A DNA stretch of 64,000 nucleotides from Verrucomicrobiota bacterium (GCA_009885995.1 VFJQ01000050.1:8088-72087); one strand, 5' to 3'. Positions 8,584 through 17,838 are shown, numbered from the stretch's first letter. Program-made: numbers and translations. Notes: generated from the sequence alone by a model not told the origin.

Positions 8584-9734
8584 GCCGCAGCAGCGACGCG
8601 ACGGAGTTTTCCGACCACGCGCTCGACGGCGTCGATCGCGCGCGGGACTTCCGCGGCGGTGTTGAAGCGGCCGAAGCTGAAGCGCAGGCTGCTGCGCGCG
8701 CGGTCGTCGGAAAAGCCCATCGCTTTCAGCACGTGCGAGGCATGGACGCTGCCGGTCGTGCAGGCGCTGCCGCTGGAGCAGCAGACACCCGCATCGTCGA
8801 GCAGCATGAGCACCGCTTCGCTGTCGATTCCGTCAAAGGCGAGGTTGCTCGTGTTCGGCAGGCGATGCGCGCGGTCGCCATTGATCTGCGCGCCTTGCAC
8901 ACGCTCGAGGATGCCTTCCTCGAACTGATCCCGCCACGCGCGCACTTCGCTGTTCTCGTGCTCGATGAATTGGCCCGCGACTTCGCACGCCTTGCCGAGC
9001 GCGACGATGCTGGCGACGTTCTCGGTGCCGGCGCGTTTGCTTTTCTCCTGCCCGCCGCCGGTCATGAATGGCGCAAACTTCGTGCGGCGGTTCACGTAGA
9101 GCACGCCGACGCCTTTCGGGCAGTGCAGCTTGTGGCCGCTGAGGCTGAGAAAATTGATCTTCGCGTCCGCGAGCGCGATCGGGATTTTGCCGACGGCTTG
9201 CACGGCGTCGGTGTGAAAGAGCGCGCCTTTGCCGCGCACGATGTCGGCGATTTCCTCGGTCGGGAAAAGCACGCCGGTCTCGTTGTTCGCCCACATCACG
9301 GAGACGAGCGCGGTGTCGGAGCGGATGGATTTTTCCAGCTCACGCAGATCGACCTGCCCCTGCGAATCGACGCCGAGCCACGTGATCTCGTAGCCGCGCT
9401 TGGCGAGGAGTTCGCACGTCTTCAGCGTGGCGCTGTGCTCGACGCGCGTGGTGATGATGTGCTGCCGATCGCGGTCCATGAGCAGCGCGCTGTGGATGGC
9501 GGCGTTGGTGGATTCGGTGCCGCAGCTCGTGAAGACGATCTCGCCCGGCTCGCAGCCGAGCAGCGCGGCAACGCGCTCGCGCGCGAGGTCGAGAGCGGCG
9601 GCGACTTGCTTGCCGAAGCGGTAGGCGCTTGACGGGTTGCCGTATTGCTCGGTGAGGAAAGGCATCATTTCCTCGACGACGGCGGGGTCCACGCGGGTGG
9701 TTGCGTTGTTATCGAGGTAGATGAAGTCGCTCAT
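8580..9734 (-). CDS. Cysteine desulfurase (NifS/IscS family, PLP-dependent)
   Basis: IYLDNNATT, FTSCGTESTN, the PLP-lysine region LSLSGHKLHCPKGVG, and the active-site Cys loop SSGSACTTG. 384 aa. Confidence 0.93.
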   Translation of the reverse strand: MSDFIYLDNNATTRVDPAVVEEMMPFLTEQYGNPSSAYRFGKQVAAALDLARERVAALLGCEPGEIVFTSCGTESTNAAIHSALLMDRDRQHIITTRVEHSATLKTCELLAKRGYEITWLGVDSQGQVDLRELEKSIRSDTALVSVMWANNETGVLFPTEEIADIVRGKGALFHTDAVQAVGKIPIALADAKINFLSLSGHKLHCPKGVGVLYVNRRTKFAPFMTGGGQEKSKRAGTENVASIVALGKACEVAGQFIEHENSEVRAWRDQFEEGILERVQGAQINGDRAHRLPNTSNLAFDGIDSEAVLMLLDDAGVCCSSGSACTTGSVHASHVLKAMGFSDDRARSSLRFSFGRFNTAAEVPRAIDAVERVVGKLRRVAAAA

Positions 9735-9826
9735 GGCTTGAAGGGCGCGGAGAGTAGTCAGGCGGTGAAAACGGGCAAAGGGAAGTTTGTGTCATGGCCG
9801 GGGCCTCGGCTAGTCTCGGCGCGCTT

Positions 9827-10924
9827 ATGAATCGACTCGCCGCGCTTTACCTGCTCGCCGCCACCGCCGCCTTCGCCGAGGAAATCCCGGCGATCACCGT
9901 CTCGAAAAGTGACAAACTGCCAATCATGATCAGCGGTCTTTCTCCCGCGGATGCAAAGGTGCTGCAGAACGATCTCGCGATGTCGGGCTCGTTCACGGTC
10001 GTGCCGGCGGAGAAGGCGCAGTTCGTCGTCGGCAGCGTCGGCTCGGTGAAGGATCGCGGCGGCAAGACGGTGCTGCAAAACAGCTACGACGGCTCGGCGC
10101 GCGGGAAGGTCCACGCCTTCGCCGACGACATCGTGGAGACGCTCACCGGCACGAAAGGCATCGCGCACACAAAGATCGCGTTCGTCGCGACGAAGACGGG
10201 GAAGAAGGAGATCTACACGTGCGACGCCGACGGCGCGGGCGTGGTGCAGCTCACGCACGACGGGGCGATCAGCGTCGCGCCAAATCTCAGCCCCGATGGA
10301 CGCAAGCTCGCCTACACCGGCTACCAGAGCGGCTACGCTGACGTGTATGAGATCAACATCGGCAGCGGCGCGCGCAGTCGCATTTTGAAATACCCCGGCA
10401 CGAATTCCGGCGCCGCGTATTCGCCCGACGGCGGCAGGATCGCCGTGACGCTGAGCAAGGACGGCAACCCGGAGCTCTACGTGACCGGCGGCCTCGGCGC
10501 GCATCGGCTCACGCGCACGCCGGGCGTCGAGTCTTCGCCGACGTGGAGCCCCGATGGCAGCGAGATCATCTACTCGAGCGACGACCGCGGCGGCCCGCAG
10601 CTCTACCGCATCGGCGCCGGCGGCGGGAGCGCGCGGGCGCTGAGCACGAGCCACAGCTACTGCACCGAGCCGAACTGGTCGCCCGACGGAAAGAAGGTCG
10701 CCTTCAACACGCGCGGCGGCGGCTTCCAAGTGACGATCCTCGACCTCGCGAGCGGCAGCACGCGCACCGTCGGCGAAGGTCAGGATCCCGTGTGGGGCGC
10801 GAACTCGCGGCACCTCATCTTCGCCAGCGGCGGCGCGCTCGTGCTGCTCGACACGCTCACCGGCCAACGCACTTCGCTCGTGAGCGGGCTTGGGCGTATC
10901 AGTGAACCGACGTGGTCGCGCTAA
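9827..10924 (+). CDS. tolB: TolB-like periplasmic beta-propeller protein
   Basis: ATG at 9827 gives the signal peptide MNRLAALYLLAATAAFA. An N-terminal TolB-type domain (LQNDLAMSGSFTVV) is followed by repeated propeller blades: SPDGRKLAY, YSPDGGRIAV, WSPDGSEIIY, WSPDGKKVAF. Confidence 0.85.
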   Translation: MNRLAALYLLAATAAFAEEIPAITVSKSDKLPIMISGLSPADAKVLQNDLAMSGSFTVVPAEKAQFVVGSVGSVKDRGGKTVLQNSYDGSARGKVHAFADDIVETLTGTKGIAHTKIAFVATKTGKKEIYTCDADGAGVVQLTHDGAISVAPNLSPDGRKLAYTGYQSGYADVYEINIGSGARSRILKYPGTNSGAAYSPDGGRIAVTLSKDGNPELYVTGGLGAHRLTRTPGVESSPTWSPDGSEIIYSSDDRGGPQLYRIGAGGGSARALSTSHSYCTEPNWSPDGKKVAFNTRGGGFQVTILDLASGSTRTVGEGQDPVWGANSRHLIFASGGALVLLDTLTGQRTSLVSGLGRISEPTWSR

Positions 10925-10958
10925 GGGCGAGCGCAGCGGCGAGTTGTCGTCGCACCAC

Positions 10959-11573
10959 ATGAAAGTCCTCCGCCTTCTCCTCCCGCTCGCCCTCACCGCC
11001 GCCGCCTTCGCTGCCGATGACGAGAAGGATTTCAAGCCGCTCTTCAACGGCAAGGACTTCACCGGCTGGCACGTCCGTAAACCCGAGAACCACAACGCGT
11101 GGAAGGTCGCAGACGGCGTGCTGGTCAACGATCTCAACGTCGGCGAGCATGGTGTCGATCTCGTGACCGACGCGAAGTTTTGGAACTTCACCGTGCGCTA
11201 CGAATACATGGTGCCCGACGGCTCGAACTCCGGCTTCTACCTGCGCGGCCGGCACGAGATCCAGATCCTCGGCGACTACGCGGGCGGCAAGACCGCGCCC
11301 GGCGGCAACGGCTCGATCTACAATCACACCATCGCGAGCCAGTTCGTGAGCAAGCCCGGCGACATGTGGCAGACCGTCGAGGCCACGATGGTCGGCGACA
11401 AGGTGACCGTGATCCTCAACGGTGTGAAGATTCACGACAAGGTGACCGTCGAGCGCGCGACTGGCAGCGAGTTGGACAAGAACGTGACCGAACCCGGCGC
11501 GTTTTTCCTGCAAGGCGACCACGGGCACGTGTCGTTCCGCAATCTGCGGGTGAAGGAGCTGCCGAAGGAGTAG
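10959..11573 (+). CDS. Secreted DUF1080 (3-keto-disaccharide hydrolase family) protein
   Basis: ATG at 10959 gives the signal peptide MKVLRLLLPLALTAAAFA. FKPLFNGKDFTGW...WKVADGVL...GFYLRGRHEIQIL...GAFFLQGDHGHVSFRNLRVKEL is the classic DUF1080 pattern. Confidence 0.88.
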   Translation: MKVLRLLLPLALTAAAFAADDEKDFKPLFNGKDFTGWHVRKPENHNAWKVADGVLVNDLNVGEHGVDLVTDAKFWNFTVRYEYMVPDGSNSGFYLRGRHEIQILGDYAGGKTAPGGNGSIYNHTIASQFVSKPGDMWQTVEATMVGDKVTVILNGVKIHDKVTVERATGSELDKNVTEPGAFFLQGDHGHVSFRNLRVKELPKE

Positions 11574-11579
11574 CGCGGG

Positions 11580-13106
11580 TCAGTAAGCTTTCGCGAACAC
11601 CACGCGCCGCGTGCTCGGGCGACCGCTGCGGATGCAGGTGCCGGATTCTTCCGGCGCGTCGGTGGGGATGCAGCGGATGGTGACTTTCAGCTCGTTCTTG
11701 ATGAGGTCTTCCGTCTCGCGCGTGCCGTCCCAGTGCGCGAGGGCGAAGCCGCCGTGGAGCTCGGGTTTGTCTGCGTTCTTCGGCGTGAAGTAGGCGGCGA
11801 ATTCCTCCCATGTGTCGATGCGCACGGTGTTCGCGTCGCGCAGCGCGGTCGCGCGGGCGAGAAGACCGTCCTGGATTTCCTGCAAGGTCGCGGCGCACGC
11901 GGCGACGAACTCGCTCGTGAGCGGGAACGTTTTGTCTTTGTGCGCGCGGTCGCGGCGCGCGACGGCGCAGGCGTTCTTCTCGAGGTCGCGCGGGCCGATC
12001 TCGACGCGGATGGGCGCGCCTTTTTTGATCCACTCCCAGCTCTTCGTGCCGCCGGCGATGTCGCGAGCGTCGAGTTCCACGCGGAGGGGTTCGCCGGCGT
12101 AAGTCTGCGCGCGCAGATCGGCGGCAAGCTTTGTGCAAGCGGCGAGCACGGCGTCGCGCGTCTCGGGTTTCGGCGTGACGGGGATGATGACCACGTGCGC
12201 GGGCGCGACGCGCGGCGGGAGGATGACCCCATCGTCGTCGCCGTGCGCCATGATGACGGTGCCGATGAGCCGCGTGCTGACACCCCACGATGTCGTCCAC
12301 GCGTGCTCCTGCTTGTTCTCGCGCGAGACAAACTGGATGCCGCTCGCCTTTGCAAAATTCTGCCCGAGGAAGTGCGACGTGCCGGCCTGGATGGCTTTGC
12401 GATCCTGCACCATCGCCTCGATGCACAGCGTCTGCACCGCGCCGGGGAAACGTTCGCCTTCGCTCTTCTCGCCGGTGAGCACGGGCAGCGCGAGATACTC
12501 GCGCGCGAAAGTCTCATACACGCGGAGCATCTGCTCGGTCTCGGCGATCGCTTCCACGCTCGTCTCGTGAGCGGTGTGGCCTTCCTGCCAGAGGAACTCC
12601 GCGGTGCGTAGGAAGACGCGCGGGCGCATCTCCCAGCGCACGACGTTCGCCCATTGATTGATGAGGATCGGCAGGTCGCGATAGCTCTGCACCCACTTCG
12701 CGTAAGTCGCCCCGATGATCGTCTCGCTCGTGGGCCGCACGATGAGCGGCTCAGTCAGCTTCGCGCTCGGCGCCGGCCGCAGGCCGCCCGCGCCATCGCT
12801 CTCGAGCCGATGATGCGTCACCACCGCGCACTCCTTCGCGAAGCCTTCCACGTGCTCCGCTTCCTTCGCGAGATACGAGAGCGGGATGAAGAGCGGGAAG
12901 TAGGCGTTCTTGTGCCCCGTAGCCTTGAACATCCCGTCCAGCACGCGCTGCATATTTTCCCAGATACCGTAGCCCCACGGCTTGATGACCATGCAGCCGC
13001 GCACGTCGGAGTTTTCCGCCATGTCCGCGGCGCGGACGACTTGCTGATACCACTCGGGAAAATCCTGCTCGCGAGTGGGCGTGATGGCGGTTTGGGGCTG
13101 GCTCAT
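11580..13106 (-). CDS. proS: Proline--tRNA ligase (archaeal/eukaryote-like type)
   Basis: ATG at 13106 (MSQPQTAITPTREQDFPEWYQQVV). Class II motifs are FRTAEFLWQEGHTAH, GTSHFLGQNFA and WGVSTRLIG. There is an anticodon-binding domain, and a C-terminal domain ending ...RRVVFAKAY with the terminal Tyr typical of this type. Confidence 0.95.
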   Translation of the reverse strand: MSQPQTAITPTREQDFPEWYQQVVRAADMAENSDVRGCMVIKPWGYGIWENMQRVLDGMFKATGHKNAYFPLFIPLSYLAKEAEHVEGFAKECAVVTHHRLESDGAGGLRPAPSAKLTEPLIVRPTSETIIGATYAKWVQSYRDLPILINQWANVVRWEMRPRVFLRTAEFLWQEGHTAHETSVEAIAETEQMLRVYETFAREYLALPVLTGEKSEGERFPGAVQTLCIEAMVQDRKAIQAGTSHFLGQNFAKASGIQFVSRENKQEHAWTTSWGVSTRLIGTVIMAHGDDDGVILPPRVAPAHVVIIPVTPKPETRDAVLAACTKLAADLRAQTYAGEPLRVELDARDIAGGTKSWEWIKKGAPIRVEIGPRDLEKNACAVARRDRAHKDKTFPLTSEFVAACAATLQEIQDGLLARATALRDANTVRIDTWEEFAAYFTPKNADKPELHGGFALAHWDGTRETEDLIKNELKVTIRCIPTDAPEESGTCIRSGRPSTRRVVFAKAY

Positions 13107-13233
13107 GGTGTTTGGAAAAAGGGCGCGCAGGCTACCACCGGGCGCGGCGACGGCAAGCGATCCGGTCCGCACATTCCGCCTTGGCTGCCGCAAAATCGAG
13201 GAGCACACTTTCGCCGTCTCTCGCACCACGCCT

Positions 13234-14322
13234 ATGAAAACACTCCTTCTCACCCTGCTCGCCGTCCTCGCTTTCTGCGCCACCACTTCTGCGCAGGTTC
13301 CTGTGGTTCAAAAGGCCGCCTTCCGCGGCTTCATCGGCATCGGTGGCGACGATCCGAGCGAGCAAGGCGGCGTAAAGGTGACCACCACGGCCACAGGCGG
13401 CTACACCATCTCAGGTAAGGTCGGCAATCGGGGCTTCGCGACGAAGGGCACTTTCGACGCAGGCGGCCATGTGGACAAAGACATCCGCATCAGGTTCCTC
13501 GGCTTCACCATCGCCACGATCCACCTCACGTTGCAGCTCGCGGTCGATGGCGAGTCGATCGTCGGCTCGGTGAAAGTGGACGACACGACCTACCCGTTCA
13601 CGATCTACCGCGCGTTTTACTCGCGCGATAACCCAACGACGGCCGCGGGATACTTCACCGCACAACTCCCCTCACCCGGCGGGGATTTCCCGGGTGGCAC
13701 CGGCTACGCGGCGGTCACGATCTCGACCTCGGGCGGGGTGAAAGTCGCGGGCAGGCTCGCCGATGGAGCCAAGTTCTCCACCGGCGGCACTCTCTCCGAA
13801 GGTGACCGCTTTCCGATCTTCTACATCCTCTACAAAAAACGCGGTGCGCTCGGCGGCTTCGTCGATTTCAGTAACAACGACACCGCCACCGGCAGCCTCG
13901 CGTGGGTGCGGCTCGATGAAGCCACGCCCGACGTGCTCTTGCCCGCCTTCTTCTCGGGCAATGTGAGCATCAACGTGCAGCGCTACGCCGCCACGGGCGT
14001 GATCGCGCTGCCGGGTGTCGGCTCCTCGGGTAACATCAACGTCGATCTCATCGGCGGAAATCTGAACCCGAATTTCAGCGCCGGCGGGACGATCAGCACG
14101 ACCAACAAGGTGACCATCACACCTCCAAACGCCGAGAAGCTCAGAGTGATCGTGAGCGCCAGGAGCGGCCTCGTGACGGGCTCCGTGAAGCTGCCAATCG
14201 GCGGCGTGACGAAGACGATCTCGTTCCGCTCGATCATCATGCAAACTGCGGTGAGCCCGAAAGCGGAAGGCTACTTCCTCGGCGGCGACAAGTCGGGCAT
14301 CTTCCGCTTCTCGCCGGACTAG
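13234..14322 (+). CDS. Secreted hypothetical protein (beta-rich, internally repetitive)
   Basis: ATG at 13234 gives the signal peptide MKTLLLTLLAVLAFCATTSA. The motif recurs as GGYTISGKVGNRGFATKGTF, VTISTSGGVKVAGRLADGAKFSTGGTL and LVTGSVKLPIGGVTKTISF. I recognise no domain. Confidence 0.7.
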   Translation: MKTLLLTLLAVLAFCATTSAQVPVVQKAAFRGFIGIGGDDPSEQGGVKVTTTATGGYTISGKVGNRGFATKGTFDAGGHVDKDIRIRFLGFTIATIHLTLQLAVDGESIVGSVKVDDTTYPFTIYRAFYSRDNPTTAAGYFTAQLPSPGGDFPGGTGYAAVTISTSGGVKVAGRLADGAKFSTGGTLSEGDRFPIFYILYKKRGALGGFVDFSNNDTATGSLAWVRLDEATPDVLLPAFFSGNVSINVQRYAATGVIALPGVGSSGNINVDLIGGNLNPNFSAGGTISTTNKVTITPPNAEKLRVIVSARSGLVTGSVKLPIGGVTKTISFRSIIMQTAVSPKAEGYFLGGDKSGIFRFSPD

Positions 14323-14333
14323 CCGCGGCCGGG

Positions 14334-15446
14334 TTACAGCGCTTCGAGGAAGCGCCGAAAAAAATCCGCGCCGCGCTCGAGTTCCGCGACTTCGATCCAC
14401 TCATCCTCCGTGTGCGCCTGTGCGATCGAGCCGGGACCGAGTGCGATGGCGGGAGTGCCGGCGGCGGCGAAGACCGCGGCGTCGCAGAACCACGGCGCGC
14501 CGACGCAGCGCGCGCCAAGCCTGGTCAGGCCGAGGATCAGCGGGTGAACCGGGTCGGTGTAGAGCGGCTGGGACGTGCCGACTTCGATCTCCATGTCGGC
14601 GCATACGCCGAGCAGGCGGCGCTGGAGGTGCGGGAGAAAATCAAGCGTGTTCTGCTCGGGCAGCGTGCGGATATCGACGGTCACTTCGCAGCGGTCAGGG
14701 ACGATGTTCGTTTTGCTCCCGCCGCGGATGGTGCCGACGCTGATCGTGCAAGCGCCGAGGACGGGGTCCGGGTTCAGGCTGAGTTCGCGAGCGAGTGAGT
14801 CGCGGATGTAGCGCACCACGTCGGCCATTTTGTAAATCGCATTGTCGCCGAGCTCGGGCCGCGCGGCGTGCGACGCGTGGCCGTGCGTGGTGAGCTTGAG
14901 ATGCGTGCAGCCCTTGTGCGTGTGGACGACATCGAGCCCGGTCGGCTCGCCAGCGATCACGAAGTCGAAGCTCTCCTCCGCAGCGAGCGCCTTCGCGCCG
15001 TGCTGGCCGGCTTCCTCGCCCGCGAGGCCGGCGAACCAAATCTCCACACCGAGCGCCGGCATTTTTTCGCGCATCTCGCGCAGCGCCCACAGCATCGCGG
15101 CCATCGAGCCTTTCGTATCGCTCGCGCCGCGGCCCCAAATGCGCCCCTCGTGCAACACCCCGCCGAAGGGATCGATCGTCATGCCCGCGACGCTCACCGT
15201 GTCGGTATGCGGCGCGAAGAGCAGGCGGGGCTTTCCCTCGCGATCGGAAGGCCAGCGCGCGACGACGTTTGGCCGGCCCGGCAGCGATGTCTCGCGCACT
15301 TCCGCCTGCGCGCCGCACTCGCGCAGGAAATCGGCGAGCCACTCGGCGATCCGCTGCTCGCCAGTTTCATCGGTGCCGGGATCACCATGCGGGTTCACGC
15401 TCGGGATTCGGACGAGCGTTTGGAGCAGTTCGACGACGCTGTTCAT
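14334..15446 (-). CDS. M20-family metallopeptidase / deacylase (ArgE/DapE/ACY1 family)
   Basis: ATG at 15446 (MNSVVELLQTLVRIPSVNPHG). Metal-binding motifs are LLFAPHTDTV, GRGASDTKG and AGLAGEEAG. The upstream 213 codons of ORF 14334..16085 overlap the epimerase gene and are discarded. Confidence 0.88.
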   Translation of the reverse strand: MNSVVELLQTLVRIPSVNPHGDPGTDETGEQRIAEWLADFLRECGAQAEVRETSLPGRPNVVARWPSDREGKPRLLFAPHTDTVSVAGMTIDPFGGVLHEGRIWGRGASDTKGSMAAMLWALREMREKMPALGVEIWFAGLAGEEAGQHGAKALAAEESFDFVIAGEPTGLDVVHTHKGCTHLKLTTHGHASHAARPELGDNAIYKMADVVRYIRDSLARELSLNPDPVLGACTISVGTIRGGSKTNIVPDRCEVTVDIRTLPEQNTLDFLPHLQRRLLGVCADMEIEVGTSQPLYTDPVHPLILGLTRLGARCVGAPWFCDAAVFAAAGTPAIALGPGSIAQAHTEDEWIEVAELERGADFFRRFLEAL

Positions 15447-16399
15447 ACTCCGGTGCAGTAGTAATCGTGAAACCACTCGACGAATTTCGGAATGCCCTCG
15501 GCGATCTGCGTGTGCGGGTCGTAGCCGAGCAGCGCGCGCGCTTTTGAAATGTCGGCGTAGGTCAGCGGCACGTCGCCGGGTTGTTCGCCGAGTTGCTCGA
15601 TGAGCGCGGTCTTGCCGAGCGAGCGCTCGATCGCGGCGATGAGTTCGTTGAGCGTCGTGGTCTGGCTTTCGCCGAGGTTGAAGACGTCGCAGAGCGGGCC
15701 TTCGTAGGTGAGGCACGCGGTCATGCCCTGGACGATGTCGTCGATGTAGGTGTAGTCGCGGCGCGTCTCGCCGGCGCCGAATTTTTTGATCGCGCGGCCT
15801 TCCCAAATCGCGCGTGTGAACGAATGGATCGCGAGGTCCGGGCGCTGGCGCGGGCCATAGACGGTGAAGAAGCGCAGGTTGATCGTCCGCAGGCCGTAGA
15901 GGTGCGCGTAGTTCGAGCAGAGCTGCTCGGCGGCGAGCTTCGTCGCGGCGTAAGGCGAGATCGTTTGGTTGAGGCACATGTCCTCGCGGAAGGGCGCGGT
16001 CTTGAGCACGCCATACACGCTCGAGCTGCTCGCGCTGACGAAGCGCGGGACGTTCGCCTGCCGCGCGGCTTCGAGGAGATGCCACGTGCCGGTGATGTTC
16101 GCGTCGATGTAGAGCTTAGGTTCCTTGATCGATGGGCGCACCCCGGCGCGCGCGGCGAGATGCACGATCGTGTCGAACTTCCCCTCCTTCACCACGCGCA
16201 GCACGGCGTCGCCGTCGCGGATATCGATCTCATGCACGGGCGCGTCCTTCGCAAAGGCGGCGACGTTCGCGCGCTTGATCGCGGGGTCGTAGAAGTCGTT
16301 GAACTCATCCAGCACGGCGACGCTGTGCCCGAGGGTCAGGCACTTCTCGACAAAATGGGAGCCGATGAAACCGGCACCGCCGGTCACGAGGATTCGCAT
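15443..16399 (-). CDS. NAD-dependent nucleotide-sugar epimerase/dehydratase (UDP-glucuronate 4-epimerase-like SDR)
   Basis: ATG at 16399 (MRILVTGGAGFIGSH, Rossmann GxxGxxG). The catalytic YxxxK is in SPYAATKLAAE, with RFFTVYGPRQRPD also present. The stop overlaps the M20 start as ATGA on the minus strand at 15443-15446. Confidence 0.9.
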   Translation of the reverse strand: MRILVTGGAGFIGSHFVEKCLTLGHSVAVLDEFNDFYDPAIKRANVAAFAKDAPVHEIDIRDGDAVLRVVKEGKFDTIVHLAARAGVRPSIKEPKLYIDANITGTWHLLEAARQANVPRFVSASSSSVYGVLKTAPFREDMCLNQTISPYAATKLAAEQLCSNYAHLYGLRTINLRFFTVYGPRQRPDLAIHSFTRAIWEGRAIKKFGAGETRRDYTYIDDIVQGMTACLTYEGPLCDVFNLGESQTTTLNELIAAIERSLGKTALIEQLGEQPGDVPLTYADISKARALLGYDPHTQIAEGIPKFVEWFHDYYCTGV

Positions 16400-16533
16400 G
16401 GTCGGCGGAGTGAAGTGCGGGCCGTGGCGGGTGGCGAGGGAAAATCGTCGCGCTCCGTCAGCGGGAGAATCGACCGTTGACAATGCCTTCTCCGCCGTGC
16501 CATAGGCGCGACTCCAAACCTCCTTAAAAGCAC

Positions 16534-17289
16534 ATGGCCGACGAAATTCCTCCAGCACCATCCGAAGCGTCTGACGACGTGACGAAGAGCGAAACCATCC
16601 GCATCACGCTGCCGCCCAAGAGCGAGCAGCCGGCGGTGAAGCGCGAGACCGTCCGCATCAATGTGCCCGGCAAGCCCGTGCCGCCCTTGGGCACCACGCC
16701 GAAAAAGGAAACGACCAAGCTGCCCAGTGGTGAAGCCGTCGCGCCCACTGCTCCACCGCCGCCGGCTGGAGCGACCAAGCCTTTCGTCCCGCCACCACCC
16801 GCTGCGAAGCCGCCCGGTGCTGGCCTCCCGTCCGCGCCCAGCGGCCTGACGCCTCCGCCAAAGCCTTTCTCGGCTCCTGCCGCGCCGCCGAAGCCACCGA
16901 CGATCGGTGGGCGCCCGACCGTGCCGCTCAAGCCGGCACCCGCCGCCCCGACCAGCGCAGGCCCGACCCCGGAGCCAGTCACGATGAAGAGCGCTTCGCC
17001 GAAGAAAGAGACCGCCCGCATCACCCTGCCGCCGGAGGGCGCCAAGCCGCCCCTTCCGAAGGCGACGGTGAAGATGCAGCAAACGGTGCCCCTCACCACG
17101 CCGCGCCCGTCCTCGATTCAGGCGGTGCCGGCGACAATGACGTCGCAGGCTCCGGTGCTCGCGACGGCGGCCAGTGGGCCCGCAGCGGACCCGCTCGTCG
17201 GCGCGCTGAGCATCGCCGCGCTCGTGGCTGTGCTCGCGGCTGCGGCGACGGCTTACATGGCATTCGCGGCGACCGCGCCTCAGGGCTAA
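16534..17289 (+). CDS. Proline-rich protein with a repeated K-E-T-x-R-I-x-L-P motif and a C-terminal TM anchor
   Basis: Repeat instances are KSETIRITLPPK, KRETVRINVPGK, KKETTKLPSG and KKETARITLPPE. The linkers are long and Pro/Ala-rich. The C-terminal hydrophobic segment is LVGALSIAALVAVLAAAATAYMAF. The gene lies directly upstream of trxA on the same strand. Confidence 0.6.
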   Translation: MADEIPPAPSEASDDVTKSETIRITLPPKSEQPAVKRETVRINVPGKPVPPLGTTPKKETTKLPSGEAVAPTAPPPPAGATKPFVPPPPAAKPPGAGLPSAPSGLTPPPKPFSAPAAPPKPPTIGGRPTVPLKPAPAAPTSAGPTPEPVTMKSASPKKETARITLPPEGAKPPLPKATVKMQQTVPLTTPRPSSIQAVPATMTSQAPVLATAASGPAADPLVGALSIAALVAVLAAAATAYMAFAATAPQG

Positions 17290-17310
17290 TCGCTCCTCCC
17301 AGGGAAATTT

Positions 17311-17643
17311 ATGGCTGGACCCAATACGCTCACCATCACCGACGCGAACTACGAAACCGAAGTCGCCGCTTCACCCGTGCCTGTGCTGCTCGACTTTTGG
17401 GCGCCGTGGTGCGGGCCATGCCGGCTGATCGCGCCGGTGATCGACGAGATCGCCACTGAGCGCGCCGGCAAAGCGAAGGTCGGCAAGATCAACGTGGACG
17501 AGAACCAGCAACTCGCAGTGCAGTTCCGCGTGAGCTCGATCCCGATGCTGCTCTTCGTCAAAGGCGGGCAGGTCGTCGATCAAGTAGTAGGCGCTGGCAC
17601 CGGCAAGGCCGCGCTGCTCGCGAAGTTAGACGCGCTGGCTTAA
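17311..17643 (+). CDS. trxA: Thioredoxin
   Basis: 110 aa with [18 protein letters not shown] (WCGPC active site) and a typical TrxA length and end. Confidence 0.95.
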   Translation: MAGPNTLTITDANYETEVAASPVPVLLDFWAPWCGPCRLIAPVIDEIATERAGKAKVGKINVDENQQLAVQFRVSSIPMLLFVKGGQVVDQVVGAGTGKAALLAKLDALA

Positions 17644-17662
17644 TTTCTGAGATCGCTTTTTT

Positions 17663-17709
17663 CACGAGCGTCGTGGGCCGGCTGAGGCTCACGGCGCTCG
17701 TGTTTTTTT
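17663..17709 (+). terminator. Rho-independent terminator after trxA
   Basis: CACGAGCG (17663-17670) pairs with CGCTCGTG (17695-17702). Additional inner pairing is GTGGGCC/GGCTCAC. A T7 run follows at 17703-17709. Confidence 0.8.
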
Positions 17710-17838
17710 GTAGAGGAAACAGCTCGCGAATCGCACCGGAGAGCACTGCGATGTGCGGCGGACGCGCGGCACGCCGGTTTCTCCGCGAGCTGCAACAGGA
17801 GCGACGCACGTAGGAGCGGCGCACGTCCTGTCGGCCGG

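Noticed and set aside
8406-9632. 408-aa plus-strand ORF.
   Set aside because: It is antisense to the cysteine desulfurase gene, which has the PLP-Lys and SSGSAC motifs. The translation is Ala/Arg/Gly-rich without motifs.
15447-16085. 5' extension of ORF 14334..16085 (583 aa). There are similar extensions of 49120..51780, 35648..37162, 36238..37737 and 11580..13286.
   Set aside because: In each case the extension overlaps the well-supported upstream gene in another frame and is Arg/Pro-rich. Internal ATGs give proteins starting exactly at the conserved family N-termini (for example MNSVVELLQTLVRIPSVNPHG).
16477-16482. A TTGACA hexamer in the divergent region between the epimerase and the Pro-rich gene, as a possible -35 box.
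   Set aside because: No acceptable -10 hexamer lies 16-19 nt downstream (CCATAG/CATAGG). Promoter consensus in this lineage is not known to me, so I did not call a promoter.
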